Position numbers and translations under genes: made by a program. The notes beneath the pieces are model-generated. The model had not been told where the DNA came from. It was given only the letters and a program-made list of their open reading frames with translations, and ran no database searches. From Podarcis vaucheri (taxonomy: Eukaryota): a stretch of DNA of 64,000 bases. Positions 1 to 13,973 of this stretch are shown one piece after another (the first letter of the stretch is position 1; the number at the start of each line of letters is the position of its first letter). The DNA lies in NCBI GenBank assembly GCA_965113315.1, contig OZ220370.1, one strand, 5' to 3'.

Positions 1-1575
1 TCCCACCACACTTGAAAGAATGTTCCTTCTTTTTCTTTACATTTCCAACATTTGTTGCACATCTTATACATCTTTGCTAACTTTACAGGTGTAATGTACC
101 ATCTATAAAACATTTTCATAACATTTTATTTCAGTGCCGTACATGCAGTGAATTTTACATTCTCTTTCCACAGTTTTCCCCACTCATCAAATTGTATATT
201 ATACCCAAAATCTTTGGCCCATTGTATCATTACCGATTTAACCTCGTCATCTTTCGTATGCCATTCCAACAATATCTTATACATTTTTGACAAAGTTTTA
301 CATTCATTGTTTATTATATCTGTTTGAAATTTAGAATCTTTTTCTACATAACCACTTTCCTTTAGATCTTTTTTAAACATTTCATCTACTTGAAAATAAT
401 GCAACCAATCATATACATGATCTTTAACTTGTTCATATGGTTTCAGTTTCCATTTTCCTCCTTCTTTAATTACCAATTCTCCATATGTACTCCATTTACC
501 TCTCATATTAATTTTCTTAACACTCATAATCTCCAGCGGAGATAGCCAATGTGGGACTTTTGGTTCCAATATATTTTTGTATCTATTCCATATTTCTATT
601 AACGAACTCCTGAAAATGTGGCTTCCAAAACCTTTATGAACTTTCTTCTTATCACACCATAAATACGCATGCCAACCAAATCTGTTATCAAAACCTTCAA
701 GCTCTAATAGCTCCTTATTTTTTAGTTTGATCCATTCCTTTAGCCAACATAGGCATTCTGCTTCATAATATAATTTCATATCTGGCAGGCCGAAGCCACC
801 TCTTTCTTTTACATCTGTCAATAACTTAAATTTTATTCTTGGCTTCATCCCCTGCCAGATATACCTTGAAATCACTCTTTGCCATTCTTTAAAGATTCCT
901 ATACCCTTTATAATGGGTATAGTCTGAAATAAAAATAACATCTTTGGCAGTACGCTCATCTTTATTGTAGAAATTCTTCCCCAAAAGGATAATTTCATTC
1001 TACCCCACACCTCCAGATCATTCTTTATTCCCTTCCAAACCGGAATATAATTGTTTTGATACAAATCGATATTTTTGGGCGATAACCAAATTCCCAGATA
1101 TTTTACCTTTTCCACCACCTCTATCTCCGTTTGTTGCTGCATTATTTCAATCTTACTTTGTTCCATATTTTTTACAATCATTTTAGTCTTTTTCTTATTC
1201 AGTCTAAATCCGGCTACCCTTCCAAATTGTTCCATCTCATCCAATACCTCTTTTACACTTTCTATTGGTTCTTCAATGGTCATTACCAAATCATCGGCAA
1301 AGGCTTTAACTTTATACTCATTCTGACCTACTGTCACCCCTTTTATTTGTTTATTTTGTCTAATCGCATTTAAAAAGACTTCCAGAACCATTATAAATAA
1401 CAATCACGAAAGTGGACAACCTTGTCTTGTTCCTTTAGATATTTTTATATCTTCAGTAATTACGCTGTTAACTATCAATTTTGCTCTCTGTTCTGTATAG
1501 ATTGCCTTTATACCATTGAAAAACTCTTTCCCCACCTCCATATATTCTAAGTTTTTCAGCATAAACTCCCAAGAT
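1..1575 (-). mobile_element. L1-clade LINE ORF2 fragment (RT + C-terminal zinc knuckle), 5'-truncated, with in-frame stops
   Basis: ORFs 1404-1700 and 126-1403 share one frame, split by a TGA in RQGCPLS*LLF. Motifs KAFADDLV and KYLGI are present. After a second stop at 126-128 the frame continues [19 protein letters not shown]. Confidence 0.93.
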
Positions 1576-1802
1576 GAAACACATTCCACCACTTTTCCTT
1601 CCCGCCCGCCCAACATGAAAAGATACTGGTAATTAAGGAAATAACTAAATATTAAGATGTAAGTGAAATAATTTTCTACACTCTGAAAACCCATTGCCAA
1701 AGGATGTGGATAAGATTATGAATATGGCTGAAGTCCAAAGAGCAACTGGGTGGATTCCAGGCCAAGCCTGGCAATATTATTCACCTCATGATCCTAAATT
1801 AG

Positions 1803-1935
1803 AGACTGGGAGCCTGTGCCTTCCAGATGTTTTTGGACTACAAGACCCATCATCCCTGGCCTTTGCCTATGCTGGCTGGGGCTGGTGGGAATTGGACTCC
1901 AGCAACATTTGGAAGGTCACAGCTTCCCAACTGCT
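1803..1935. mobile_element. Palindromic hAT-like MITE, degenerate
   Basis: Imperfect inverted structure: cctgtgccttccagatgtt...ggactac / ggactccagcaacatttggaaggtcacagc. Confidence 0.6.
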
Positions 1936-2743
1936 GCTCTAAACCCAATATTTTTTAGAGGTGCGATAAGGTGGTTTGATCTGCTCCTTTGCTCATGTGC
2001 AACACAAAGTCCACAAAGAGTCACACCATCTGGTTTTGTTCTTCTTATATTTACTTACAAAGCTCTTTGGAGAATGGATCCTTTTCCACAAGTCACTAAG
2101 AAAGCATTAATCTTTCAAACTGAAGGCAGCAAAGCTGTTCATATAGATTGCTTTCTTAATGGACCACTGGGCCGAACAGCCCCATTCATTGTTTGCTATT
2201 CTGCCAAATGTAAGTCTGATTTCAGCAACAGCACTCACACAAACTTTGTCTTACAAAGAAAAAAAAGTACTACTTGATAACTGAACACACTCTACGATGG
2301 GCAAGAAACCTGCAGTAAAGACAGCACATTGTATTATATACAGTGCTGTGTTCACGAATGTCTTTCTACAGATTTATTTGCACAAAAGTTACACAAAATA
2401 AATCAATATGGAAGCAGCTGCAGCTATCATTTTAAGGGAGTATTTCACAAAGTCACGCAGCTTCCTAATTCGATTACTATTAATGACGTAGTTAGCTATG
2501 TATTGACTGACATGGAACTGACCAGGAACTTCATGTCAAAATAATGAATGCTACAAGATCTCTGCAAGGTTGCCACCCGTTTATAGTTTTTATAGACTTT
2601 CCATAAAATCATTTGAGGTTAACTGGTAGAAGCCCTATTATGGGACGATTCTGGTTGTTCTGGAACTTTGAAGGCTAACAAGTATATTATGGTTTAAACG
2701 TTCTTGGACCTGAGACTACTTCATCAGATGTATGAAGCATGTG

Positions 2744-2746
<3 letters not shown>

Positions 2747-2787
<41 letters not shown>
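2747..2787. repeat. (GA)n microsatellite
   Basis: Direct reading. Confidence 0.95.
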
Positions 2788-2794
<7 letters not shown>

Positions 2795-3322
2795 ACCATT
2801 CACAATCGGACATAAAATGTCATAAAATGCAAGCAGAAGAGCAGGCCCCTGACATTTTTATGCAGAGCTCAGATGTGTACATGGTAAGAACAATGACCCT
2901 TCAATACAGCCTTCTTACCTCTGCTATGCTAATTCTGCACTAATCTTTCACTACAAGTGTCAAATTTATAAAGTAGAAGAGGAAGACAGTTGCCACCAAT
3001 TCTTAACAGAGTTTTGGCACAATCCACCATCACCCAAATGCCACAGAGCAGTGTGTAGAGCTGCCTCACAGGAATCCATTAATCCCTCCCCTCCTTTATG
3101 CCAAGCCCCGATTGTTCTGCCCCCTCTCAGTCATGCACACTCGCAGCTACACGCAAGTTATTCATTTTCATTCACAGACAGCCTTTTCACACATGGCCCC
3201 CACAAGCTCATTTCCCCCTGGATCATGCATGAATTTCTCCAAGGGAAAAGAAGAGCAGAGCTACACACACACACAGGACAATTTAGAATTTCTGTATAAT
3301 GTTGTTGTATGCTTCCTTCAAT

Positions 3323-3647
3323 GGGACACGGGTGGTGCTGTGGTCTAAACCACTGAGCCTAGGGCTTGCCAATCAGAAGGTCAGCAGTTTGAATCCCCGA
3401 GACTCCCATTGTTTGGTCCCTGCTCCTGCCAACCTAGCAGTTCAAAAGCACACCAGTGCAAGTAGATAAATAGGTACCACTCCGGCGGGAAGGTAAACGG
3501 CATTCCTGTGCACTGCTCTGGTTCGCCAGAAATGGCTTAGTCATGCTGGCCACATGACCCAGAAGCTGTCTGCTGACAAACGCCGGCTCCCTCGGCCTAT
3601 AGAGCGAGATGAGCGCCGCAACCCCAGAGTCGTCCAAGACTGAACTT
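3323..3647 (+). mobile_element. Sauria SINE (POM/Squam1 type)
   Basis: tRNA-like head gggacacgggtggtgctgtgg and core caagtagataaataggtacc...gggaaggtaaacggc, shared with the other copies in the window. Confidence 0.9.
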
Positions 3648-5444
3648 GGCTTCCTGACATGAAAAAGCCCCTTGCGGGGGACTTGCCTCATGACATTTTC
3701 CCTTGAACAGTGTGAAGCTGAGGGTGGTAGCACTTTCTGAAATCAGTACATCCACAGACTTTATTTTTAAGAGAAGTGCTTCTTTTTTACCATGAAAATG
3801 CTTTTTGCATTGATCTCCTTAAAAGTTAGGATTTCACTTAAAAATGAGTAGCTCATGGTCGACAGGCTCTCTGCCTTCTTACACTTGAAGAAAGCTCAGT
3901 CCAAGATGCTATGGGCTTTTTAGGGTGCATCGGGCGAGTCATAAGCCCTGTACCCATCCATGAGAATTTCACTGAAAATGTTTCTTTCCTTTGATAAATT
4001 TTAAGTGATGAATGAAAAAACTGCAGGACAAACTTTTGATACAACAAAACTACTGAATGCGATGGAATAGCTCTGCACATTATTCTGTTGCTGTGGAAAG
4101 TGCAAAACTGTACCCAGATATTGCTTGGCACTAGTTCCTAGTAAAGGTGCTTAGGACTGCAGCCTTCGGCACAGGCTGTCTGTTACCTTGAGGGCTGACT
4201 GCTGTCGCCTCTGTGATTCCTCCCACGATGCTCTGGTGTGTCTCACCCCAATGTTGTTAGGTCAGGCTGCATGTCCCTCGCTGCCCCATCAATCTGTGCT
4301 ATAATGTCTGGAGTGCAAAGAATAAAACTTGGAGTTCCTGCAAGCCACAACCAACACTCTCATAATCTCCTGGTTTGATGTATGAATTTGGTCAGCTCAT
4401 CATACTCAATAGTATTATGTATGAATCAAGTGTTCTTTTTCCTAGAAATTCTTCTCTGTCTCAGAACATTACATGACATTCAGCACATGTGTGGTCATCA
4501 TCCATGGGACCAGGAAGTCAAAGCCAGCGTACTCATGTTGAAACTATGTGAGCAGACCGCCTGATCACGCAGCCTTTTGTTTGGTGAGTATCTTTTCTAA
4601 CTGGGTCATTTATATTAATTACATCTTGGAAAGTTGTATGTAGCTGTTATCTGGTGCAGCTTGGTCCATCAGGGCAGGTAGGGCACTGCTCACTCTAGAC
4701 CCCCCCCTAAGCCCTAAATCTATAGTCCAGTTCCCTCTCGGTTCCTTACATTCATATCCAACACAGTACTTTACATTAAGAGAGACTCTGGAGTTGTTTC
4801 TGTCAATCTCCTGGGCCAGCAACCATCTCTGGACAGTACAGCCAAAAACAATCATCTCAGTGTCCTACCCCTGGCTCCAGGGGTGAAAGAAATTACATTT
4901 CAATAGATGTGGCTTGGAGAGGGCCTCCATTTTTTACTTCCTTTGGAATAAACTCTAGCCAACCAGGAGTCCCTCAGAAATGCACTGAAAGGTCCACAGC
5001 ATCAGGGCAGGACCATGAAGAGCTTTGCCACCAATCAGATGCAAGCTCTCCTCTGAGTTTGTGTCTTAATTCCCAGGCTAAAGCAGAAGGAAGCATTATT
5101 CTTTCTGTGATTGTCTCTGAAGCAGGAGCAGCAAAATATCTGTGTGGGTTTGGTTGGTTGTTCATATGGGCAGCATTGAGTGTGAGATGGGAGGGTGTAG
5201 TTTGCCTGAAAGGCCTTTATTGAGGTGGGAAGAGGGGAAAGAGCTGTGCAATGGGCACCAGGGGGTGGGGTATACTGTTAACCCAGATGGGTCTTAGCTG
5301 ATCATTGTGGGTGAACCTTGCTGCACCCCTGGCCATGCAGAGAACTTCCCTCCTTCACCTTAAACCTGCAAACTTTTAAAAAATATTCTCTTTTTTCAAT
5401 AGCAAGAGAAATTGCTTGTTTTTAATTTGAGCCTCTTTTTTTTT

Positions 5445-5445
<1 letters not shown>

Positions 5446-5488
<43 letters not shown>
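5446..5488. repeat. (GA)n microsatellite after a T run
   Basis: Direct reading. Confidence 0.95.
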
Positions 5489-5491
<3 letters not shown>

Positions 5492-7400
5492 GCTTTGAAT
5501 TAGAATAGCTGCTAGACACTGAAGAGAAACAACTCTTAATTTAAACTGACAGGTGCTGGATATTCAAAGGCCAGGTATAACTCTGGGGATCCACTCCTCC
5601 TTGAGGCACGCAGAGGTTAAAGGCATCTCCATGACACGAGTGGTTTACAGTGACTGAATATTGCTGATGCTTGCAGCATCAAAGTGCACTTCCCTCAAAT
5701 GGGTTCCCAAGTCCGTCTGCGACCTCCTGGTCTCTAATCTAACACACATTCACAGCAAACTCTTTTGTTGCACCTTACAGGGTCCATAGCAACAGAGCAG
5801 CGTGTGGTGAAGCTGTTGCACTCTCCATTCAGGCAAGGCTTGCTGAAAAGGATGAAGACTGTGCTGCAATGCTCTTGGGGATTGCTCCCATTGCAAGGCT
5901 TCTGCACTCAACCTCAGCTTTTATGCTGCGTATTTGCATTGGCAACGTTGCTTTGTTGAGAGCTCAGTGGGCTGTCAACTGTGGGTCAAACTAAACATTC
6001 TTCATGTCTTTAGTCCTGACATACAATATTTTTAAAAATAAACAGCCGACACTGTGGGGAGAGGAGTGGAATTGTGGGAAGAGGGGGATTTAACCCATTG
6101 CCTTCTTTGCTGAGGTCCCAATCAGAATCAGCCCCTCGGTTGCTATTTGCAGTGCAATGTAAACTCCCATTGGCACCATGGTTGGATGTGTGGGTGGTGG
6201 GGACCCTGGAGGGAGGGAAAGGGAGAGGAAATGGTGGAATGGGGGAGGAACAAAAACTAGACTGGGTTATGGAAGGAGGAGAGGAGAAAAGCCCTTTGCA
6301 AGCAATCAGTTCAGATCTCTGGCAAGAGTCAACTGTTCCCCAGGAAACCACTGTGCTGGTAGAAAGAGGAGAGTGAACAGGGCCCACACCAGACCCTGAG
6401 GGGAGGGGTCCCTGCAAATGGTGCCCCCACCCTCCCAAGACACTGAAAAGAGTACAGCAAAGGCACCCGCCTAATGTCCATGGACAGGGAGATCCAGAGT
6501 GCAAGAGCTGCCACTTTACAAGTGCAGAATGAACATTATGCGGCACTTGTAAAAGTTCCACAAATCGAAGTCCTTGCGTGGGCATGTTTCTTTTTTTATT
6601 ATTAACATCGAAGTGGGCACCTTTCAATGAGGTGTCCCAAGGCCCTCTCATTCATACAACCCATTCACCCACTGGCCAGAGGGTCACGGTTGCTGCGGCC
6701 CTCAAGCATTGTTTCAGTGTTTGTGTGTATGTGCGATGTGAACCTCCCTACTCACATTGTTTTGTACGAATGATCATAACATTAAAAGGGGAAAAGAGGA
6801 GAGATTTATTTCCTTTAGTTATTCCATGAATTTATAAGTTTCCCTTTGGTAAGAGGGAGATTTCTCTCTGGTTGTAACACACAACAACCTTTCATCAGTG
6901 TTAAAATGAAAACAACCTTCTCAAATGAATGCGCATATCCAAACTTTTATATGACCATAGAATCAGAGGCAAACCATGTAACCACATGCACACACTTCAA
7001 GCAAACATTAACCTTTCCAATATTAAAAGGATGGCATTTCCCACACTTAATTCGGTAGCCCATCCCAACGAATAAGGGTCCCTCCCTGTCCTGACCACCT
7101 GGTGCCTGTATGATAAAGACCTCAGAAACAGCTCTCTGCTGACCTCCCTCCTTGTTTTACAGCAGGCACCACATAGCCTTCTGAAATCCTTTTTGTGTTT
7201 TAGTCTATCAATCCATTTCAGCGAGTCATCCCACCTTCCTTGGGGCATCAGCTTCAAGCATGTGACACCTTCCTCCATCTCATATGTTTTCTTTATATTG
7301 TATAAATATTGCTAAATTAGCATTCACCATGAGCTCAGTCTACATTTTGTCAGGGCGCAGGTGGCTCCTTCTTGCCAGCTGAAAGGTCCCTTTCACATAA

Positions 7401-7660
7401 AGAAGAAGAAGAAGAAGAAGAGTTTGGATTTGATATCCCGCCTTTCACTCCCTTTAAGGAGTCTCAAAGCGGCTAACATTCTCCTTTCCCTTCCTCCCCC
7501 ACAACAAACACTCTGTGAGGTGAGTGGGGCTGAGAGACTTCAGAGAAGTGTGACTGGCCCAAGGTCACCCAGCAGCTGCATGTGGAGGAGCGGAGACGCG
7601 AACCCGGTTCCCCAGATTACGAGTCTACCGCTCTTAACCACTACACCACACTGGCTCTCC
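7401..7660 (-). mobile_element. Squam3-type tRNA-derived SINE with (CTT)n tail
   Basis: Reverse strand begins gagagccagtgtggtgtagtggttaagagc (A box), has ggttcg (B box) and a CORE-like gggtgaccttgggccagtcac, and ends in (ctt)n. Confidence 0.85.
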
Positions 7661-8059
7661 CATCTAAAGAGTGGATGGGAGGTTATAATTGGAACTAGTC
7701 CTGAAGGGCAGTAAATCTCTGCAGGTGAGTCAAACAAGCAAGCCAAATTGCATGCTACGGGGGAAGGCAAAATAAATTGCATATGTACTCAAGCACAAAT
7801 TTGAGAGCATAACTTCAGTTCAGAGCCGGAGCACACATGACAGGATCTGTCTCTTGAAATGCAGGCAGGTTTGCCCCAAGCAAATATAAAGCAGGGGCCA
7901 GATTCCTAGGACTTCTTTACCTGCAATTAGATCTACTGAGAAAATAATTCTCTCATTTGGGAACTGATACCAGGAGTGAGATTTTCCTGGGAGAAAACTA
8001 CCTGGGTGAAGGGCTATGGAGAGGAAAGCAATGGGTAAGGGAAGTTGTTACTTTAGCTA

Positions 8060-8429
8060 AAAAGGTAAAGGTAAAGGTTCCCCTGCCCGTACGGGCCAGT
8101 CGTGACCGACTCTGGGGTTGTGTGCTCATCTAGCTTAAGAGGCCAGGAGCCAGCGCTGTCCGCAGACACTTCCGGGTCACGTGGCCAGCGTGACGAAGCT
8201 GCTCTGGCAAGCCAGCACCAGCGCAGCACACGGAAACGCTGTTTACTTTCCCGCTATAAAGCGGTACTTATTTATCTACTTGCACTTAGGGGTGCTTTCG
8301 AACTGCTAGGTGGGCAGGAACTGGGAACGGACGATGGGAGCTCACCCCGCCGCGGGGATTCGAACCACCGACTATGCGATCGGCAAGTCCTAGGCACTGA
8401 GGTTTTACCCACAGCGCCACCCGCGTCCC
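8060..8429 (-). mobile_element. Full-length Sauria SINE with 14-bp TSD
   Basis: (ACCTTT)n tail, tRNA-like head, TSD tgttactttagcta at 8046-8059 and 8430-8443. Confidence 0.95.
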
Positions 8430-9914
8430 TGTTACTTTAGCTACTGTGCTCTAAAATGAACTGCTCAACCCCTGCATTATATGTGCTTTGGGACAGAACT
8501 TTGAAGCCACTTGGCATTCACTGCAATTCTGCCCTCAAAATGGGGCACCCGATTTTAACAACTAAAAGAGTCCCATCAGGAGGAGCTGAATCATCCTCTG
8601 CTTTCCCTCCTTAGGAACCATTAGCTTTATCACTTTTCTTCTGCCTGGCTCAATACTGAAAGCAGACCAAGGGCAGAAGGACAACAGGGTTTTAAAAACT
8701 AGGCCAGAACAGAGATGGCTGACTCTGTGGCGAGATGAGGGTGGGGCGTGCTCAGCTCCCCTCACCTGTGTGTGAGAGGAAACGTGATTCAAAGGATGCT
8801 GCTGCTGCTGTCATGTCTAAATTGGCCCCCAAGACTGAGTGATTGCCATGGTGCTGCCAAGCTGAAAGCCCCCACAGACGCTGCGAACAGTGACAAGAGT
8901 TTCATTATTATGATCCCAGAACTATGATGTTTTGCACAGATAGGAGTCAATGTCTCCTTTTAATTTCCTCCAAAATATTAGGGTGTTCTAAAATGACTGC
9001 TGCAGCTGATAATAGTGTTGTGAAATAAAGTGGCTAGATTAGCCATCATTGCAATCTTTCATTTCTTTACTTTGTGTTATCTTGGATGATTTTCTGTATC
9101 TACCGTCTGCCGTAATAGTTCTCCTCTAATAAGCATTTGTTTGGAGATACATTTTAGAAGTGCGCTGGTGTTGTCGGATTTCAGAAGTGCTCAGTGTGCA
9201 CAATCAGAATGAGATTTCAGTAAACAAAAGCCCCAATTAAAAAAATCCAATCAGCATTTATAGAGGATCTGCTTGTGTCAGCCACCCAGTGACCTTATAG
9301 CAGAAGCAAGATACAAAACGGGGACTTCCTGTTTCGTAGGTGAGTTTCTTAGGCTCTGTGGCACACCAAACCTTTTACACAACCTCCTAGAATAGCAAGT
9401 GGTTGCACACATGAAGCTGCAGCAGGAGTTCGCTAGTTTGGAGTGTGCATGGTGGAGAACAATATGCACTTCTGATCAAGTATAGGGGATGTTCCATATG
9501 AATATGTGAGTCTACTCTGAGGAGCAGGCAAGATACTTATGAGGGGGATGCAACATACAGAAACCAGGCATTTCTATCACAATGCTGTTGTGGTAAAATG
9601 GGGCACTTCCTTCCAATTCTCCACCAATTCATCTCTTGAAATGGCCCCCTCAATCAGTGTTTCATGTTTTCCCACAGCCAGGCCATAGAATAAACCAAAG
9701 ATGAGCAGCTTTCAAGTGAAATTCGCAGTAACCCCCCCAACCCCCCCCCCAAACATTGGGTTTTCTCCCTTCTCTCTTGCCAGTCCTCCCTGAATGCCCT
9801 CTGGAACACACAGTTGCCAGGAAAAGGTCTAGTCCTACTCTTACTGGTTCTTATCAAATGAACATAACTGATGCATAATCATTTGCATCCTCATGTACAG
9901 CATGAAAAGCCCTG

Positions 9915-10286
9915 ATTAGTCTAGAAAGGAGGAGGCAGAGGGGAGATAGGACAGCCATCTTCAAATATGTAAAAGGCTGTCACATGGAAGATGGAGCAAG
10001 CTTGCTTTTTCCTGCTCCACAGGGTAGGACCTAAGCCAATGGCTTCAAGTCATAAGAAAGGAGATTCTGACTAACAATTGGGAAGAACTTTCTGGTGATA
10101 AGAGCAGTTTGACAGTGGAATGGACTCCCTCAAAAGGTAGTGGGTCCATTTCCACTGGAAATGTTTAAGCAGAGGTTGAATGGTCATCTGTCATGGATGC
10201 TTTAGTTGAGATTCCTGCATTGCAGGGGATTAGATTAGATGACCCTCAGGGTCCCTACAAACTATGATTCTATTTTTCTATGATTC
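9915..10286 (+). mobile_element. CR1 LINE 3' fragment
   Basis: Degenerate ORF2 end (gccatcttcaaatatgtaaaaggctgtcac, ggaagaactttctg) and attctatg-type tail; homologous to 57470-57800. Confidence 0.88.
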
Positions 10287-11077
10287 ATGTTCTCTCACTT
10301 CTCACAAATTGCTACTGTGCATCCAGGTTCAAAGGTTATGCATACCAGCCGCTGTCTATTGCTCAATACTTGCAGGACCACCAGCAGTGAGAAGGATGCT
10401 CTCAACTACACTGCCGTTGGGTTGACAAACTACTTGGCCCAGGAAGGCTCCCGTACCTTGAAAGCTCTCCGAGAGTCAAGCAAGAGGTGAAGATGTTCCT
10501 AGTGTGGAGCTGGTGCCACAAGGGACACTTGTTCCTGCTACCCTTCTGTCTGCTAAGCCACTACCCAAGGCACAGGAGCCCTGCTGGCTGGGAGCCCCAC
10601 ACACGTCTTTCCCTTTTGGGATCTCCTCCATCCTGGATGCTGTTGAATAAAGGCCTTGTCACTGCCAATTCTGTTGTTTCTTTGATGCTGGAAATGGTAG
10701 ACAGAGATCCCTTTCCCCACCTAGAAGGCTCTGGCTTCAACTGGCCCCAGCAAGGGACCAAAAAGCACTGGAGGACAGGCAGGGGTGCTGCTGCCTCCCT
10801 TCCCTTGCTCACTTAGTTTCTGTGGGCTGTGAGGGGACAGGCCTTACAAGGAGCGCAATTGGGATGGGTGCAGCTGCCAGAGTGTATTGAGATGGAGGAG
10901 GCCTGCTACTCAGTAGGTCTGGTGGAGAATTGACTGTGTGGCTTGGAGAGATGGGTCAAAATGGCTGGCTGGTCCATGCAGCAGCTGATCATGGGTCCAG
11001 CTTTCTCCAAGTGTGGGATCTGTATGCTGGATTTACTCCTGGGACCTCCTACATGCCCAAAGGAGCTGCTCTACTAG

Positions 11078-11235
11078 CAGTGGCGTAGCATGGGTTGTCA
11101 GCACCCGGGGCAAGGCAAATAATTTGCACCCCCTAACCCATGGATTTGCGCCCCATAACCCATGGATTTGCGCCCCATAACCCTAACCCCCAGATGTTGC
11201 GCCTGGTGCGGCCGCACCCCCATGCTACGCCACTG
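11078..11235. mobile_element. hAT-type MITE with 17-bp TIRs, 8-bp TSD and internal tandem repeat
   Basis: TIR cagtggcgtagcatggg / cccatgctacgccactg; TSD tctactag at 11070-11077 and 11236-11243; internal taacccatggatttgcgcccc repeats. Confidence 0.9.
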
Positions 11236-11246
11236 TCTACTAGACT

Positions 11247-11465
11247 ACCTAGTAGTTCAAAAGCATACCAGGGCAAGTAAATAAACAGGTACTGCTGCGA
11301 CAGGAAGGTAAACAGCCTTTCTGTGCTCTCTGGCTTCTGGCCACGTGACCTGGAAAGCTGTCTGTGAACAAACACCAGATCCCTCAGTCTGAAAAGCAAG
11401 GTGAGTGCTACATCCCCATAGTCGAGTTTGACTGGACTTAACCATCCCGGGGTCCTTTACCTTAC
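11247..11465 (+). mobile_element. 5'-truncated Sauria SINE
   Basis: caagtaaataaacaggtac...ggaaggtaaac...cctttaccttac matches the 3' two-thirds of the other copies. Confidence 0.8.
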
Positions 11466-11471
11466 AGGCAG

Positions 11472-11606
11472 CAGGGTTTTTTCCAGCCAGGACTCGCTAG
11501 AACTGAGTTCCAGCACTTCTCAGGTGGGTACCATTGCTGTTATAAGAGAACAAGGGAGTCATTCTTGGTGACTTCCAGCACCTCTTTTTCTAGAAAAATA
11601 GCACTG
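11472..11606. mobile_element. Probable hAT-like MITE
   Basis: Ends cagggttttttcc... and ...tctagaaaaatagcactg; repeated internal ttccagcac units. Confidence 0.5.
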
Positions 11607-13840
11607 AGCACTTGAATGTCGGTCTTGCCCCTTACATCCCTGCTCTTGCTGCCTCTCCTCCTGGCCTTCAGACATTGAGTGGGAATCCTCTGAAGACGGT
11701 TCTGTACATGCTTGGTTGAATGTACAGCAGGTTCCCAGTCCCAGGGAGAATTAGGAAATAAAAAACGTAAACAGAACATTAAAATATTATAACTGATGCA
11801 GAATTCAGAGGTGCAACTGCAAAGATGAACATATTTTGCGCTGTGTTGATTAAATTATGATACAGAAAAGTAGGCATTCAGCCTGAATCCTGTAAAATGC
11901 AAAATCTATTTGGCTTTTCAAAGTCCACATTCACGTTCTCATATATGTGCTTTCCATTTCAGTTATACAGGACAGTATGCATAATGATCAAATCAGGTTG
12001 AAATGCCAGGTGATTATACAGAGCCACCATTTCATCAGCTTTGTAGGGAATAATCCTTCATGTGTGAATCCTGCTCAGCCTAACTTGACTGAATTAAACC
12101 AGAATTCTCCAGCTGACCCCTTTTCCAGAGTTGTTTTCTGACCATTTCCTTTCCCATGCATTTGTGATCTTCAAGTTGCTGCAGTTGTATGTGTGAGAGA
12201 GACACACAAGGCACTCTGCAAGAGATTTTAGCTTCCACAGATATTCTCAGTGCATATGCTAATCTTGCCCCATTTCCTCTGGCACTCACTGTAGGATTCT
12301 GGGATGAGGTTTTCTAATTTTGTACAGCTTCTTAATCTTCAAATGCTCTCATTTTTAAGTACCTATTTTGGCAAGACTCAGATTTCTTTCAGTAGGTTTT
12401 TGGAGACCTGATTTGCATGTTTGTTGAGGTGGTGCTTGGGCATGTTTGTTGTGTGGTTTTACAGCAATTCATCACACCTTCAATCTTTCTGCTTCTTGCG
12501 TGAGGTGGTGTGGTGGTCATAAGTATTCCTTTTCTGCCAGTAATGCCTGAGAGTGGTTCTTCCAAGCACTTTCTCTGCTTTACTATCTCACAGTTCTCTT
12601 TTGATGTGCTTCTGCCGGCTTATAAAACATTTATATAAATACAGAAATACTGATAAACAGATACTCACCACACAGAGATCTGTTTGTGTTGCTGTGGGAT
12701 CCAAGAGCCTTGTACATGTATGTGAATAATTACATAGATAATACATAGATATTCATGTTTAAGTATGCATATAAATTATGCATGTCTTCACATTTGTTCT
12801 GCAGATACAGGTTTTACTAATAAAAGTTGAATAACAGAATTGAAGTTCAAAAATTGAATCTGGTATCAAAACCAAACAATTATCGAAAAAAATATTTGTT
12901 CCATATAAATCTGCTCTAAAGTTCAAATCCCAGATGAACCCCCCCCCCAAAAAAAAAGAACATGGAAGAGGAAAAAGAAGCTTTGCCTCCCATTCATACA
13001 AGTGAAGACTTTGTCTGCAACATTCTTGCAGTGTTGAAGTTGGCCAATTTGCTCTCCTCAGCTGGCTAGGAAGAAGACAGAAGACAAGACAGGGCTGCAC
13101 ATGTGGAAACAGCTTATCTTCTTTGAACCCCTTTTCTGTATCAGTGGCTAACTACAGCTTGTCAGAGGCAACCCATATGCCTTTGGGGAATCTGCAGTGA
13201 GAGACCCACGTAGCAGAAGTTGTCACCAGTTTCAGTCACTGCACAGAGGCAGCTTAAAGTCCAAGCAGTTTACTGTTGCAGAAGATAAGGCTTCAGTAAA
13301 GCAGTTCCAGACACTGGTACATACATACAGTTTGTAGGCATTGCAGATATAGATACAGATATATACAAGTACAATGTTTTCCCATTGCCCCAGCAATTCC
13401 AAGATGCAACACAGACTTCAACTCACTTCTCAAGACTGACCCCAACACAGACAGCACAAGACCCCAGACCCATGAGCTGACATGCACTAATCACTTATAT
13501 GGTCAGCACTGTTTTTAATAATCATTCCATGATGGCTGACTTTCTGCAGGCAGTGTAGAGAATTCGAAATTGTGATTAGGAAAGTGCTTATTTGTCCTAA
13601 GAATCTTCAGCAGACCAAGAGCAGAATTCCATGATTTAGAGACAATAAATGTTTATTATCTAATCTGAGGTCACAAGCAATCAACTATATTAATCATAAA
13701 TTATAATTAAATGCTTTTGCTATGGCAACACTGGGAGCAGAATAACTGCTATGAGGCTCTTTGCTGTTCAGAAAGACAAGAATCCTCAGGAGACTTAGAA
13801 TGTTGCAGCATGACTTCTGTAGGCTAAATTCAGGTATAGT

Positions 13841-13973
13841 ATCATAGAATCATTGAATTGTTGAGTTGGAAGGGACCCTGAGGATCATCTAGTCCAAACC
13901 CCTGCAATCTAGGAATATGCAGCTGTCCCAGACGAAGGTCGAACTCAAGCTTGACATTATCAGCACCACACTG
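13841..13973 (-). mobile_element. CR1 3' tail, possibly a tRNA-headed CR1-dependent SINE
   Basis: atcatagaatc...gagttggaagggaccc...ctagtccaa is the reverse complement of the CR1 tail; followed by a degenerate B-box-like ggtcgaac. Confidence 0.6.

Noticed and set aside
126-1403. 425-aa ORF as a host gene
   Set aside because: It is L1 ORF2, bounded by in-frame stops on both sides and 5'-truncated.
5256-5270. caccagggggtgg CTCF-like motif (also near 33361)
   Set aside because: Lacks the GGC(G/A) end of the core; expected by chance in G-rich tracts.
6010-6651. 213-aa minus-strand ORF
   Set aside because: No recognisable domain, low-complexity Pro/Ser content, overlapping ORFs in several frames; likely chance.
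8841-8858. NRSE/REST-like half site (cagcaccatggc on the minus strand) or X-box
   Set aside because: Only a partial match, right half absent, far from the CTCF-containing segment.
13716-13729. RFX X-box-like tttgctatggcaac
   Set aside because: Isolated short motif with no supporting context.
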